Of a DNA stretch of 64,000 nucleotides, positions 20,866-35,848 are shown piece by piece. Position 1 is the stretch's first letter. Every line of letters begins with the position of its first letter. The translations under genes and the position numbers were made by a program. Under the pieces are notes generated by a model. That model was not told where the DNA came from, did no database searches, and was given only the letters and a program-made list of their open reading frames with translations. Origin of the DNA: an uncultured Chloroflexia bacterium (GTDB lineage Bacteria > Chloroflexota > Limnocylindria > Limnocylindrales > CSP1-4); NCBI GenBank assembly GCA_963749705.1, contig CAVVNQ010000018.1:1-64000 (forward strand), in the 5' to 3' direction.

Positions 20866-21624
20866 TCAGCGGCGGGCGCTGGACCTCCCCGTCGCCGGCC
20901 TCGACTTCTGCCGATTGTTCGACCGTGTCGGGCGACGTGCGCCGCGGTTGGGGTTGGCCATGTTGAGGAACCGCCGGTACCACGCCGCCGTTGCCGCGAA
21001 GAACGCCGCGCCGAGCGGGCTGAGGGCAATCGCGCTCAGGACGACGGAGTCCACGGCGGCGCCGCCGATGATCACCCGGCCGGCCGGGCTGAGGATCACC
21101 GCCGAGTAGCACGCGGCCGCGACGATCCCCTGGATGAGGCCGCCGATCCAGCTCGCGCGCTTGGCGGTGAACCCGATCAGGAATGCGCCCGCCGCCGGCG
21201 GCGGTGCCACGAACAGGCTGATCACGAGGTATGAAAGGTTCGACGCCGACGAGATGGTCTGGCCCTCGAGGGGGGTCGGCTTCGTGACGTCGAGCGAGGC
21301 GCCGAGCTCGTTTGTCGCCGCGATGAACACGACCGTCGCGATGATGGACACGGCCGCCGAGACGAGCACCGCCCAGTGCGTGGCGACCGCGGGGATGACC
21401 GCGATGTCACCCCGCAGGTCGAGTGGGCGGAAGGCACCCCTGAAGGCGCCTACGATGCTCGGGCGGGTCGCTGCGGTCGCGGACGATGACCGGGCGGCGC
21501 GGCGAGCCGGCTGCGGCTCCTCCTCGTCGATCTCATCCGGCTCGGGTGTCTCGGCGAGGGCAGCCTGCTCGGCCCGGTATCGACGCCGGGCCTCGTTACG
21601 GTCGGTGCGCTTGGCGCGAGCCAA
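20866..21624 (-). CDS. Hypothetical membrane protein with basic termini
   Basis: TTG start after GGAGG; about 4 TM helices; Arg-rich N- and C-termini. Confidence 0.75.
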   Translation of the reverse strand: MARAKRTDRNEARRRYRAEQAALAETPEPDEIDEEEPQPARRAARSSSATAATRPSIVGAFRGAFRPLDLRGDIAVIPAVATHWAVLVSAAVSIIATVVFIAATNELGASLDVTKPTPLEGQTISSASNLSYLVISLFVAPPPAAGAFLIGFTAKRASWIGGLIQGIVAAACYSAVILSPAGRVIIGGAAVDSVVLSAIALSPLGAAFFAATAAWYRRFLNMANPNRGARRPTRSNNRQKSRPATGRSSARR

Positions 21625-21786
21625 GGGGTTCCTCCTGTATCGGCCGATGCCGCGTGACGGGCGGGCTCGGCCGGTGCATGGTATCCGGTCCCCGGCCCGA
21701 GGGTTGAGCCGGCGATAAGTGACGGCTCGTACGCTGCCCCTCGCCTGCCCGTCCCGCCGCCGATGTCTCCCGCCCGGAGGTCCTCG

Positions 21787-24700
21787 ATGGCGCGCGCCCG
21801 ACTGGCTTCATATGTCGCCCTGCTGATCCTGGTGCTGTGCTCGCTCTCGGCGCCGCCGGCGCCGGTGCAGTCAATCCGGCTCGCCGCCGCGGCGCCGCTC
21901 GAGCAGGTGCCCTGGACGCCATCGCCCGGCCTGCTGGTGGCGGAGGTCGTCACCGGCGGCAACTCGGCCTCCGACGAGCTGATCGAGCTGACCAACGCGT
22001 CCTCGAGCCCGCTCGACCTCGACGGGCTCGAGGTCGTGTACGTCACCAGCTCGGGCGCGACGATCACGCGCAAGGCATCGTGGACGGCATCCCTGGTGCT
22101 CGACCCGGGACGCCACCTCCTGATCGCCAATGGCCTCGGAGCCTTCGCGGCGCTCGCGGACGCGACCTACTCGGGCGGCCTCGCCGCGACGGGCGGGGCG
22201 GTCGCGTTGCGCGCCATCGGTGGGGCAACGATCGACGCGGTCGGTTGGGGCGACGCGGCGAACCCGTACGTGGAGGGCTCGCCCGCGGTCGCACCGCCGG
22301 CGGGATCCTCCATCGAGCGCCGACCGGGTGGCGACGGCGGCAACGGCGTCGACAGCAACGACAACTCCGCCGACTTCGTCGTCAACCCCTCACCGCTCGC
22401 CCAGAACCTTGCCGCGGAACCGGTGCCGGCACCCTCGTCGTCGCCGATGCCGAGCCCAAGCCCGACGCCGACGGCCAGCCCGAGCCCGACGCCCTCGCCC
22501 ACGCCGACCCCGAGCCCGAGCCCCACGGCGACGCCGACGCCAACAGCGACCCCGAGCCCGAGCCCCACGGCGACGTCGACTCCGCCTCCCACGGCGACAC
22601 CTACGCCCGCGCCCACGTCCACGCCGACCCCGAGCCCCACGCCCACGCCGACTCCGAGCGCATCGCCGAGTCCGGCACCCATCACGATCGTCCCGATCGC
22701 GGATGCCCGAGCGTTGCCCGACGGGACGTCGGTGTGGATCGAGGGGACGCTCACGCTGGACCTCGGATCGATCGATGGGTCGCGCGGCGGCTTCGTCCAG
22801 GACGACACGGCCGGCATCGGGCTCTACCTCGATGCGACGATTGCCGCACCCGTGCCGGCCGGGACCCGGATCCGCGCCACCGGCGTGATGTCGAGCCGCT
22901 ACTCGCAGCGAACGCTCAAGGTCTCGGCAAGCGACATCGTGGACCTTGGCGCAGGCAGCCTCCCGGTCGCCCTCGTGGCGAGCACGGGCCTGGCCGGCGA
23001 GCCGCTCGAAGGGCGACGGCTGGAGCTGGCCGGCGTGGTCACCGAGGCACCCTCCGATCTCGCCGACGGCCTTGGCCTGATGATCGATGACGGAACCGGT
23101 CCCGTCCGCGTGATCGCCGGATCCGCAGCGCTCGGTGGCCTCGCGCCGGTGACCGGTTCGATGATCATCGCGCGTGGACCCCTCGGTCAGCGCGACAGCG
23201 GCGGCACGGGCCTGCTCGGCTATCGCCTGTTCGCGACGCTTCCGGGCGAGCTTGCGGTCGTGATGGCGTCGCCGTCGCCGTCGCCGTCGCCGTCACCCGC
23301 GCCGACTCCCAGCTCGACACCCACCTCGACGCCCGGCCCGACGCCCACGCCCACATCATCCCCGTCCGCAACGCCATCCCCGTCCGCCACCCCCACGCCG
23401 TCACCGACCGCGATCGACATCACGACGGCACGGGCGCTGCCGGTCGGCAGCCGGGTGGTGGTCCGGGGCGTGGTGGTCGCCGAGGCAGGTCGGCTCGGGA
23501 CGCCGCCGCTGCTGGTGATCGGTGACACTGGGGGCGGACTTCCGGTTCGACTGCCCGACGGAATCGTCGCGCCACCCCGGGGCACGATGCTGGAGGTGAC
23601 CGGCGTCATCGCGGATCCCTATGGCCAGACCGAGCTGCGAGCTGTCGCGGGCGGGATCGTCCGTACCGGCCTCGCATCCCTCCCGGTGGCGTACGCGATC
23701 GATCCGGGCATGGTCGGCGAAGCGCTCGAGGGTCGCCTGGTGACCACGTACGGCACCATCACGACCTCGGCGACGAAGGCGACCAGCGATGACCTGTCGT
23801 TCCGGATCACCGGTCCGGACGGCGTCGAGCTGATCGTCCGCACGGATGGCTCGGCCGGCTTCACCGCGGCGGCCCTGGCCAACGGCCTGAGTGGCACGTT
23901 CACCGGCATCATCGGGCAGCGGGCATCGCGAAAGGGCGTGCTCGACGGGTACCGCCTGTGGCTTCGCGATGCGGCCGACATCATCCCCGTCGGCCAGGGT
24001 CCCACCCCGAGCCCCGCCGGTTCCCCGACGCCGTCCGCCGGCGACCCGGTGATCACGATCGGGACCGCGATCTCGAGGGACGGAGACCACGTCGCGGTGG
24101 AGGGCGTGGTCACGGTCGACGTGTCGCTCCTCGACACGAGCCGCCGGAGGACGGTCATCGAGGATGGCACGGGAGCGATCGAGGTGTATCTCCCCGCTCC
24201 GGATCCGGCCGTCCGGGTCGGCGTCCGGCTTCGAGTCACCGGTACTGTCGGCCGCGCCTATGGTGCACCCCGGCTCAAGGCCGACGCGGTGGTCGCCCTG
24301 GGCTCGATGCAACCCGTGGTCCACACGTTGCGCCTCATGCCCACCGAGGTCCAGGAGTGGCGGCTGGTCCGCGTCACCGGGACCGTCGTCGAGGTTCACC
24401 GGCTCGGCACCCGATGGCGGGCCGAGCTCGATGCCAACGGCCTCCGGATCCCCGTGTCGGGTCTCGACGGCAGCGGGATCGACGCGTCCCGCATCGTCGC
24501 TGGCAGGCTCGCAACGATCGTCGGGATCGTCCGTCGTGCGTACCCGACGGCAGCCGACCAGCGTTTCGCGATCGTGCCCCGGAGCGGTGCCGACGTGGAT
24601 CTGGCGCCGAGCGACGCCGTGCGCGGCCGACCGGGCACCCTGCCCGCATCGGGCGCCAGCTCGGCGACGGGTGCCGGGTCCGGTCGGTCGGGCCCGATCA

Positions 24701-25254
24701 TGGACAGGACGACTGCCCGGGACATCGACCTGGCCCAGCTCTCGGGGCATGTCGGCGAGGTGGTCCGTGTCGGCGGGATCGTGGCGGCGCTCGCCCCGGA
24801 TGGCGTCGATCTCGACGACGGCACCGCGACCGCGCGAATCGTGCTCGCCGGGGACGCGGCGTCGATCCTCGCGCTGCTCGAGCCGGGTGACGTCCTCAAC
24901 GCGGTGGGCACGCCCGAGCAACGCGACCAGCTCGTGCTCGTGGTCGACGATCCGGCCGGCCTCGTGCTCGCCGGCGGCACTGGTGCGCCCGCGGCCGGCG
25001 GGCTCCGGCCATTCGCGACCCCCGCGACGCAGGCCGGCGATCGCGTCCTTGCCCTGGCCGGGATCTCGTCCGATATGGGCGTGGACCTCGCACCGGCGGG
25101 CCTGGGAACGATGCTGCTGCTTGCCCTCGCCTCGGTCGCGGTGACCGTCCTCCGTCGCCACCACGCTCGTCGCGCGATCCAGGCCCGGATCATCGCCCGC
25201 CTCGCTGCCCTCGGCGCACCCGGCCGGGCTGGTGGCGGCCCCGCGAGCGACTGA
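21787..25254 (+). CDS. Membrane-anchored surface protein: signal peptide, lamin-tail domain, P/S/T linkers, ~7 OB-fold-like repeats, C-terminal TM
   Basis: [17 protein letters not shown]...DELIELTN...DAVGWG...SIERR...DSNDNSADF (LTD-like). Repeated [17 protein letters not shown] / [17 protein letters not shown] / [16 protein letters not shown] modules. TM followed by RRHH. Confidence 0.8.
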   Translation: MARARLASYVALLILVLCSLSAPPAPVQSIRLAAAAPLEQVPWTPSPGLLVAEVVTGGNSASDELIELTNASSSPLDLDGLEVVYVTSSGATITRKASWTASLVLDPGRHLLIANGLGAFAALADATYSGGLAATGGAVALRAIGGATIDAVGWGDAANPYVEGSPAVAPPAGSSIERRPGGDGGNGVDSNDNSADFVVNPSPLAQNLAAEPVPAPSSSPMPSPSPTPTASPSPTPSPTPTPSPSPTATPTPTATPSPSPTATSTPPPTATPTPAPTSTPTPSPTPTPTPSASPSPAPITIVPIADARALPDGTSVWIEGTLTLDLGSIDGSRGGFVQDDTAGIGLYLDATIAAPVPAGTRIRATGVMSSRYSQRTLKVSASDIVDLGAGSLPVALVASTGLAGEPLEGRRLELAGVVTEAPSDLADGLGLMIDDGTGPVRVIAGSAALGGLAPVTGSMIIARGPLGQRDSGGTGLLGYRLFATLPGELAVVMASPSPSPSPSPAPTPSSTPTSTPGPTPTPTSSPSATPSPSATPTPSPTAIDITTARALPVGSRVVVRGVVVAEAGRLGTPPLLVIGDTGGGLPVRLPDGIVAPPRGTMLEVTGVIADPYGQTELRAVAGGIVRTGLASLPVAYAIDPGMVGEALEGRLVTTYGTITTSATKATSDDLSFRITGPDGVELIVRTDGSAGFTAAALANGLSGTFTGIIGQRASRKGVLDGYRLWLRDAADIIPVGQGPTPSPAGSPTPSAGDPVITIGTAISRDGDHVAVEGVVTVDVSLLDTSRRRTVIEDGTGAIEVYLPAPDPAVRVGVRLRVTGTVGRAYGAPRLKADAVVALGSMQPVVHTLRLMPTEVQEWRLVRVTGTVVEVHRLGTRWRAELDANGLRIPVSGLDGSGIDASRIVAGRLATIVGIVRRAYPTAADQRFAIVPRSGADVDLAPSDAVRGRPGTLPASGASSATGAGSGRSGPIMDRTTARDIDLAQLSGHVGEVVRVGGIVAALAPDGVDLDDGTATARIVLAGDAASILALLEPGDVLNAVGTPEQRDQLVLVVDDPAGLVLAGGTGAPAAGGLRPFATPATQAGDRVLALAGISSDMGVDLAPAGLGTMLLLALASVAVTVLRRHHARRAIQARIIARLAALGAPGRAGGGPASD
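22435..22680 (+). repeat. Pro/Thr/Ser linker-encoding low-complexity repeat
   Basis: SPSPTPTA... repeated; a second such tract lies at ~23266-23410. Confidence 0.8.
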
Positions 25255-25362
25255 CCCGTCCGGGTCGCGAGTGGCCCTCGACCGCCCGCGCTCGCGGCCC
25301 GGATCGCGTCCATTCGTGGGCCACGTTCGACGGTCGGTGGCGCGTGCTCCCGGGGGTCACGC

Positions 25363-25392
25363 TTGACGGTGCTCGAAACGGGCCCCTATCCT
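25363..25392 (+). promoter_or_regulatory. Putative sigma70 promoter of udp
   Basis: TTGACG-N18-TATCCT. Confidence 0.5.
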
Positions 25393-25435
25393 CGGCGCCA
25401 GCCGCACGCTCGCACGAGCGTGCTGAACGAGGAAC

Positions 25436-26287
25436 GTGGCCTTGCCCAACGCGGATACCCGCGTCGCAATTCCGGCCGGCGAACGGCAGTATCACATCGG
25501 GCTCGGCCCGGGCGATCTTGCCGACTACATCCTTCTCCCGGGGGACCAGGACCGCACCGACCGCGTCGCCAGCTACTTCGACACGGTTGACTTCCGCCAT
25601 CGGCACCGCGAGTTCAGCACGGCAACCGGGACCTACAAGGGCCAGCGCGTGTCGTGCCTGTCAACCGGGATCGGTCCCGACAACATCGAGATCGTCGTGA
25701 GCGAGATCCTGGCCCTGGTCAAGGCGCCGACGCTCATCCGCATCGGGTCGAGCGGCGGTCTCCAGGAGGGCATGGAGCTCGGGGACCTGGTGGTCTCCAC
25801 CGGCTCCGTGCGGCTCGAGACGACGACGAACTGGTTCGTCCACGAGGGCTATCCGGCGGTTGCCCACTACGAGGCCGTGCTGGCGCTGCTGGAGTCTGCC
25901 GAACGGCTCGGGCATCGCCATCACCTGGGGATCACGGCAACGGCGCCCGGTTTCTTCGCCGCGCAGGGACGTCCGATCCCCCAGCTGCCCATCCGCTACC
26001 CTGACGTCGCTGCTGAGATGACCCGGCAGGGCATCCTCAACTTCGAGATGGAGGCCTCGGCGCTGTTCGTGCTCGCAAGCCTCGGTGGTTGTCGCGCCGG
26101 TGCCGTATGCACCGTGTTCGCCAATCGCCGGACGGGCGAGTTCGTCACCGGCGAGGCGAAGGACCGGGCGGAAGCCGCCGCGGTGGAGACAGGGCTCGAG
26201 AGCCTGGTGATCCTCGCGCAGCTGGACCGCCAGAAGGCCAAGGCAGGGGCGGCGCGCTGGCGCCCGTCGCTCTGGGCCCCAGAATGA
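25436..26287 (+). CDS. udp: Uridine phosphorylase
   Basis: QYHIGL...LLPGDQDR, HREF, STGIGPDN, IRIGSSGG, FFAAQGR, NFEMEASA. Confidence 0.9.
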   Translation: MALPNADTRVAIPAGERQYHIGLGPGDLADYILLPGDQDRTDRVASYFDTVDFRHRHREFSTATGTYKGQRVSCLSTGIGPDNIEIVVSEILALVKAPTLIRIGSSGGLQEGMELGDLVVSTGSVRLETTTNWFVHEGYPAVAHYEAVLALLESAERLGHRHHLGITATAPGFFAAQGRPIPQLPIRYPDVAAEMTRQGILNFEMEASALFVLASLGGCRAGAVCTVFANRRTGEFVTGEAKDRAEAAAVETGLESLVILAQLDRQKAKAGAARWRPSLWAPE

Positions 26288-26363
26288 GCGCCAGATCCAG
26301 CGACCCCGCGGGCTCGAGAGGCGTGCTCTCGTGACGCGGACAGCGTGAGGAGGAGCGGACTCC

Positions 26364-26504
26364 ATGGCTGAAGCCTATTGCGTCAAGGACAAGATGAAGG
26401 TCGAGGTCCAGAACCCGCAGCAGATCACGATGAAGAACGGCAAGCCGGCGCTTTCGGGGACCTGCCCGAAGTGCGGTGGCAAGGTGTTCAAGATCGGCGG
26501 CTGA
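26364..26504 (+). CDS. DUF5679-like small zinc-ribbon protein (46 aa)
   Basis: MAEAYCVKDKMKVEVQNPQQITMKNGKPALSGTCPKCGGKVFKIGG*; GGAGGAG SD; followed by a hairpin. Not in ORF track. Confidence 0.85.
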   Translation: MAEAYCVKDKMKVEVQNPQQITMKNGKPALSGTCPKCGGKVFKIGG

Positions 26505-26528
26505 CCTCGGCGGCAACATACCGCGAAG

Positions 26529-26563
26529 TTGAGCCCCCACCGGCCCGTCCGGCGGGGGCTCAA
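26529..26563 (+). terminator. Hairpin, putative terminator
   Basis: TTGAGCCCCC...GGGGGCTCAA. Confidence 0.55.
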
Positions 26564-26710
26564 TGGTGTCCGGGCTCAGTGCGAAGGGCACGGCCGAACC
26601 GGGCCGCCCGTCGGGGGTCCATGCACGGGCCTTTGCTAAGATTCGGGCGAACCCCTCGATCCAAGCACCCGAGGTCACGCCCTGACCGCATATCCGGCAC
26701 CAGCATCTGA

Positions 26711-27988
<1,278 letters not shown>

Positions 27989-28016
27989 TCGCAGCCCGCC
28001 CCTGGAGGAAGTGAAC

Positions 28017-30544
<2,528 letters not shown>

Positions 30545-30587
30545 TCTCGCCGTCGCCGGTCCGGGGCGTCCCAGCCCGGGTGGCCGC

Positions 30588-31151
30588 GTGAGCCGGTTCG
30601 TCGATCGGGGCGCCATCACGGCGGCCTGGGTCGGCGTGGGGATGGCCGTGACCGTCGGCATCAGCTTCCTGCTGGTCATCCCGATCGAGCCGGTCTACTG
30701 GTTCCTCGCCCTGCCCTCGGGCCTGCTCATCGGCTACTACGCCGACGCCCGCTCCCAGCGGGCAGGCGGGCCGTTCGGCCGCGTGCTGCTCAACGCCCTG
30801 TTCGCGGGGCTCGCCACCGGGATCACGTACGCCATCCTGCTGCTCGCGGTCAAGGCGCTGTTCTTCAACGTCGACGGCGGCTATCGCGATGCCTCGACCG
30901 GGGGGCCGCTGACCTGCCGCACCGGCGCCGACTGCGTGTACCAGCGGTATCTCGCCGCCGGCCAGGGCGACGCGTTCGTCGAGGCCGGCGTCACGGACGT
31001 GGCGTCGTTCACCGACTTCTACTGGCGGCAGCAGCTGAGCAGCGCCGGCCTCGTGCTGCTGCTGTCGACGGGCGGCGCGGTGGCGGGCGGCGCGATGTTC
31101 GGGATCGCGAACCGGCGCCGGCCCGAGGATGCCGCCGCGCCCGTCGCCTAG
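30588..31151 (+). CDS. Hypothetical membrane protein (4 TM, extracytoplasmic loop with C-x5-C)
   Basis: Hydrophobic segments; LTCRTGADCVY loop. Confidence 0.7.
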   Translation: MSRFVDRGAITAAWVGVGMAVTVGISFLLVIPIEPVYWFLALPSGLLIGYYADARSQRAGGPFGRVLLNALFAGLATGITYAILLLAVKALFFNVDGGYRDASTGGPLTCRTGADCVYQRYLAAGQGDAFVEAGVTDVASFTDFYWRQQLSSAGLVLLLSTGGAVAGGAMFGIANRRRPEDAAAPVA

Positions 31152-31204
31152 GCTCGATCCGGCGCACGCGCCGAAGGCTCGACCGCCACCGCCCCAGAAT
31201 CGAA

Positions 31205-31231
31205 GACGCCCCGGCCGATGACCGGGGCGTC
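31205..31231. terminator. Hairpin between convergent genes
   Basis: GACGCCCCGG-N7-CCGGGGCGTC. Confidence 0.6.
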
Positions 31232-31253
31232 GTGCGCAGGCGCGCGGTGTCTG

Positions 31254-31940
31254 CTATTCGGCCTTCTTGGCCCGCGTCGTCTTGGGAGCGGCCTTCGCGG
31301 TCGCCTTCGCGGTGGCCGGCTTGGCGGCGGCCGCCTTGGCCGGGGTCTTGGCCGGGGCCTTGGTCGTCTTGGCGGCGGCCTTCGGTGCGGCCTTCGCGGC
31401 CGTCTTCGTGCCGGCCCTGGGCGACGCCTTGGCCTTGGCGGGCGCTGCCGTCTCGGCCACCGCGGGAGCCGGAGCGGCCTCGGAGCGGGCGGTCTTCGAG
31501 AGCGCGGCGCGGGCCTTGCCGGCCGCGGTCTGGGCGCCCTTTGCCTTGACGGCCTTGCCGGCCGCGATCCGGGCCTTGGCGGCCTTGAGGGCCGCGGCCT
31601 TGCCGGTGCTCTTCGCGATGCGACCGCCGGCCACCACGTGGGTTCCCTCGATCGCGGCGTTGACCTTGATCACGAGGCGCGACTTGCGGCGAGCGGCCGC
31701 GTTCGGGTGGATCGCGCCGGCCTTGGCCGCGCGATCGAGCGCCGAGATGGCCTCGCTCAGCGAGGTCGCGACATCGGCGCTGTCGGGCTGGGTTGCCGCA
31801 ACCGAGACGGCCTTGGCAACGAGCGTCTTCGCAGCGGACCGGCGAGGCTGCAGGATCGCGTGCCGGCGCTCAGCCTGGCGGACGCGCTTCAGCCCGGACG
31901 GGGTGCGGGCGCCCTGCCATTTCCGGGGCGTTCTGGCCAA
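31254..31940 (-). CDS. rpsT: 30S ribosomal protein S20 with long Ala/Lys-rich C-terminal extension
   Basis: KRVRQAERR...RSAAKT...AISALDRAAKAGAIHPNAAARRKSRL, then an A/K/T/P-rich tail. Confidence 0.9.
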   Translation of the reverse strand: MARTPRKWQGARTPSGLKRVRQAERRHAILQPRRSAAKTLVAKAVSVAATQPDSADVATSLSEAISALDRAAKAGAIHPNAAARRKSRLVIKVNAAIEGTHVVAGGRIAKSTGKAAALKAAKARIAAGKAVKAKGAQTAAGKARAALSKTARSEAAPAPAVAETAAPAKAKASPRAGTKTAAKAAPKAAAKTTKAPAKTPAKAAAAKPATAKATAKAAPKTTRAKKAE

Positions 31941-32249
31941 GGTGGCTGATCTCCGTTCCGTGAGTACAGGATGTGACAGGCGCGCAGGAGCGTGGACTGC
32001 CCGAGGCGCGACGGCGAATGGTAGCAGAGGCGTCCGCGAACGGCCAGCGCTCGTGCCTGCTCAACGCGAGCGCGGTGCGGGGCACGGTGCGGGCTGCTGA
32101 CGCATCGTGCGCATCAATCGGACCGCTCGACAGGCTGCTCGCCGCGAGATGGGACGGAATCCGCCCTCAACGCCCAGTCTGCGCCCGGAATTGACCCGCG
32201 GCGTGAGTCAGCGACGGTACGGAACCCGGGCCGCCCCGCCTGAGCCGGG

Positions 32250-33902
32250 TCATTCCGTGGCGGCCCGTCGGGTGCGGTACCGGCGGATCAGAGCCAGGGT
32301 CGAGGCATCGTGCGCCGATGAGGGCCCGTCGCCTGAGGGCGACAGCTCGTCCGCGATCCGGCCCGCCAGGACCTTGCCCAGCTCCACGCCCCACTGGTCG
32401 AACGAATCGATGCCCCAGATCACGCCCTGCACGAACACCTTGTGCTCGTAGAGGGCGACGAGGGCACCCAGCGTCCGCGGTGTGAGCTGGTCCGCGAGCA
32501 GCACCGACGTCGGCCGGTTCCCCTCGAACACCCGCGCGTCGACCTGATGGGCGGGGACGCCATCGGCAACGACCTCGTCGCGCGTCTTGCCGAACGCGAG
32601 CGCCTCCGCCTGGGCGAACAGGTTGGCCATCAGCAGATCCTGGTGGTCGCCCATCTCCACCGTCGGGTTGACGAAGCCGATCAGGTCGGCGGGCACGATC
32701 CGCGTGCCCTGGTGGAGCAGCTGGTAGTAGGCGTGCTGGCCGTTGGTGCCGGCGGTTCCCCACGCGATCGGCCCGGTGTCGTACGTCACGTGGGTCCCGT
32801 CGAGCCGGACCGACTTCCCGTTCGACTCCATGTCCAGCTGCTGGAGGTAGGCCGGAAACCGGCTCAGCTCCTGGCTGTAGGGGAGCACCGCATGGGTGCC
32901 GAAGCCGAAGAAGTTGTCGTACCAGATGCCCAGCAGGCCGAGCAGCACCGGCAGGTTGCGATCCAGCGGCGCCTGCAGGAAGTGCTGGTCCATCGCCCGG
33001 AACCCGGAAAGCATGTCCCGGAAGTCGTCGGGCCCGATCGCGATCATCAGCGACAGCCCGATCGCCGAGTCCATCGAATACCGGCCGCCGACCCAGTCCC
33101 AGAACCCGAACATGTTGGCCGGGTCGATGCCGAACTCGCGGACGCGGGCCTCGTGGGTGCTGACGGCAACGAAGTGGCGGGACACCGCTGCGGGGTCGTG
33201 GAGCGACGCGAGCAGCCAGTCGCGCGCCGAGCGGGCGTTGGTCAGCGTCTCCAGCGTCCCGAACGTCTTGGATGCGACGATGAACAGCGTCTCGGCCGGA
33301 TCGAGGTCGATCGTCGCCTCCCGAAGATCAGCCCCGTCGATGTTGGACACGAAGCGGAACCGCATCGAGCGCTCGGAGTAGCTCCGCAGCGCCTCGGTTG
33401 CCATCGCGGGCCCCAGGTCCGACCCGCCGATGCCGATGTTGACCACGTTCCGGATCCGCCGGCCCGTATGGCCCGTCCACTCCCCGCTCCGGACGCGAAG
33501 CGCGAACGCCGTCATCCGGTCGAGGACGTCGTGGACGCCCTGGACGACCTCGGTGCCTTCGACCAGGAGCTCCTCGCCGACGGGCGCCCGGAGGGCCGTA
33601 TGGAGGACGGCCCGGTCCTCGGTCACGTTGATCCGCTCACCGGCGAACATCGCGGTCCGCCGTTGCTCGACGCCCGCCGTCCGGGCGAGCGCCAGCAGCA
33701 GGTCGACCGTCTCGGTGGTGATCCGGTGCTTGGAGTAGTCGAGGAACACGCCGGCACCCTCGGCGCGGAACCGCTCCGCGCGGTCCGGATCGTCCGCGAA
33801 CAGCTGCCGCAGGTGCAGATCCCGCACGTTGGCGTGGTGGGCCACGAGGGCCTGCCACTCGGGAGTCTGGTCGATCGATGGGGCGATTGCGTCAGGGTTC
33901 AT
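32250..33902 (-). CDS. pgi: Glucose-6-phosphate isomerase
   Basis: [43 protein letters not shown]. Confidence 0.97.
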   Translation of the reverse strand: MNPDAIAPSIDQTPEWQALVAHHANVRDLHLRQLFADDPDRAERFRAEGAGVFLDYSKHRITTETVDLLLALARTAGVEQRRTAMFAGERINVTEDRAVLHTALRAPVGEELLVEGTEVVQGVHDVLDRMTAFALRVRSGEWTGHTGRRIRNVVNIGIGGSDLGPAMATEALRSYSERSMRFRFVSNIDGADLREATIDLDPAETLFIVASKTFGTLETLTNARSARDWLLASLHDPAAVSRHFVAVSTHEARVREFGIDPANMFGFWDWVGGRYSMDSAIGLSLMIAIGPDDFRDMLSGFRAMDQHFLQAPLDRNLPVLLGLLGIWYDNFFGFGTHAVLPYSQELSRFPAYLQQLDMESNGKSVRLDGTHVTYDTGPIAWGTAGTNGQHAYYQLLHQGTRIVPADLIGFVNPTVEMGDHQDLLMANLFAQAEALAFGKTRDEVVADGVPAHQVDARVFEGNRPTSVLLADQLTPRTLGALVALYEHKVFVQGVIWGIDSFDQWGVELGKVLAGRIADELSPSGDGPSSAHDASTLALIRRYRTRRAATE

Positions 33903-33935
33903 GGTGCTGCAGCGTACCCCGCGCTCGCGATCCGT

Positions 33936-34580
33936 TCAGGCGTCGGGCAGGGGCGCCCAGCCCGCCGAGGTCAGCGCGTGGAGCTCACCCAGTCCGATGT
34001 CGAACCAGGCGCCATCCAGCGAGATGTCGCCCGCCGACTCGCGCGACGCGATCCAGGGGAACGTGCGGAGGTGAGCGAGGGATCGCTCGACCGAGCGGTG
34101 CTCCAGCTCCCGCTGGGCGGCCGCCGGCGCCATCGGACCCGCAGCCTCGAGCTCCGCCGCCATCCCGCGCAGGCCGGCCACCCACGTGCCGAGGAAGTCC
34201 GTGGAGGTCAGGGTGGGCTCGCCGCGAAGGGCTGCGCCGATGCCGCCGCACCGGCCATGACCCAGGATCACGATCGAGCTGACCTCGAGGGCGAGGACGG
34301 CGAACTCGAGCGCGGCGCTCGCGCCGTGGCTCGCGGCGTCCGGCGCGTACTCCGGGACCAGCCCGGCAACGTTCCGGACCACGAACAGCTCGCCCGGACC
34401 GGCGTCGAACACCGTCTCGGGTCCGGATCGAGAGTCCGAGCACGCAATGACCATCGTCGCCGGCTGCTGGCCCTCCCCCAGCCGGCGCCATCGCTCCCGC
34501 TCGGCCGAGTACCGGGTTGCGCGGAAGCGCCGATAGCCGGCGACGAGCGCGTCGGGCAGCGCGGTCTCGGGGGTCGCCAT
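33936..34580 (-). CDS. Beta-class carbonic anhydrase
   Basis: ACSDSR, RNVAG, GHGRCGG Zn-binding motifs. Confidence 0.93.
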   Translation of the reverse strand: MATPETALPDALVAGYRRFRATRYSAERERWRRLGEGQQPATMVIACSDSRSGPETVFDAGPGELFVVRNVAGLVPEYAPDAASHGASAALEFAVLALEVSSIVILGHGRCGGIGAALRGEPTLTSTDFLGTWVAGLRGMAAELEAAGPMAPAAAQRELEHRSVERSLAHLRTFPWIASRESAGDISLDGAWFDIGLGELHALTSAGWAPLPDA

Positions 34581-34588
34581 CGGCCGGC

Positions 34589-35848
34589 TCAGAACATCGT
34601 CGCGCAGTACGGAGCCCGATCGACGGCGAACATCGCGTCGGCTCGGCGCAGCGCGCCGGGGGTCAGCTCCCGCACGCGATCTGCGTGCGCCAGGTCTGAT
34701 GGCCGGAACGCCCCGAGGTAGATCGCGGCAAGGTCGGCGACATCGGCGACGAGGTCGGCCGGGGCTCCGGTCTGCGACACGGCGGCGATGGCGGTTCCGG
34801 GATCACCGCTCGCCTCGATCTGCCAGCGTCCCGCGTTCCACGGGCAGAACGAATCGGTCACCTCGACCACCAGCCGGTCGGCCGTGGCATAGCGACGGGC
34901 CGCGAGCGCTGCCGGCAGGTCGACGAGACGGAGCCAGATCCCGTCGCGCGCGACCAGGCCCAGGCCTCGCGGGTCGGCCAGGGCGAGCAGCAGCGGATGC
35001 GGCATCGAGGCTCGCCAGCAGCGGATCGTCCGCACCAGGTCGACATTGAACAGGAACGTCCAGATCCCGCGCTCGGCCCGGTTCGTCGTGGCCACCGCCT
35101 CCATCACCAGCAGCTGGTTCCTCGGGCCACGGTCGTCCCAGTCGTCCTTGATCCGGTACAGCGCGTACCCCTCGGCGTTGCCGTCGACCTCGTACACGTA
35201 CTTGAGCAGCGGTCCGGCGCCACGCCGGTTGTCCTTGTCGTCGCGCAGGATGTGGTCCCGCCACCAGGCCTCGGAGCGCGTGATGGCCCCGGGGGTGCTG
35301 ACGCGCACGCGGTCGTAGATCGCCGGCAGGGCGGCCAGCGCCTGTGCCTCGTCGATGGGCCGCAGCCGGCCACCGGGCTCGCCGGGCCGGAGCCACGCGG
35401 TGCGCCCGTGGTCGACCTCGAACGTGGCCGCGACCGTCCCCATCCCGTAGCCGAAGCGCTGGTAGATGACCCCCTCCGACGCCCACAGGATCGCGACCGG
35501 CTCGCCCCGCCGCCGGACGTCGTCCAGCTGGTGGCGCATCAGCGACCGGAGCACGCCCTGGCGCCGGTATCCGGGATCGACGCCGACCGCGGTGACGCCC
35601 GCCGCCGCGACCTCGCCCCCCGGCACGGTCAGGCGGAACGAGTACGCGGCGGCGCTCCCGACCGGCGCGTCCCCGTCGAATGCGGCGATCACGCGATCGG
35701 CTTCGGTGGTCGGTCGCCAATGCTCGAACTCGGCGTCGGTGACCTCCTCGCCGAACGCCCGCATCACGGGATCGATGAACGACTGGACGGACTCGGGGGT
35801 GGCGGTCCGGATCGGGTACGGCGCTTCCTGCTCATGCATGGACGTCAT
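34589..35848 (-). CDS. Eis-family GNAT acetyltransferase with C-terminal SCP2-like domain
   Basis: VTAVGVDPGYRRQGVL, LWASEGVIYQRFGYG, D-x-FCPWNAGRW, terminal ATMF. Confidence 0.9.
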   Translation of the reverse strand: MTSMHEQEAPYPIRTATPESVQSFIDPVMRAFGEEVTDAEFEHWRPTTEADRVIAAFDGDAPVGSAAAYSFRLTVPGGEVAAAGVTAVGVDPGYRRQGVLRSLMRHQLDDVRRRGEPVAILWASEGVIYQRFGYGMGTVAATFEVDHGRTAWLRPGEPGGRLRPIDEAQALAALPAIYDRVRVSTPGAITRSEAWWRDHILRDDKDNRRGAGPLLKYVYEVDGNAEGYALYRIKDDWDDRGPRNQLLVMEAVATTNRAERGIWTFLFNVDLVRTIRCWRASMPHPLLLALADPRGLGLVARDGIWLRLVDLPAALAARRYATADRLVVEVTDSFCPWNAGRWQIEASGDPGTAIAAVSQTGAPADLVADVADLAAIYLGAFRPSDLAHADRVRELTPGALRRADAMFAVDRAPYCATMF

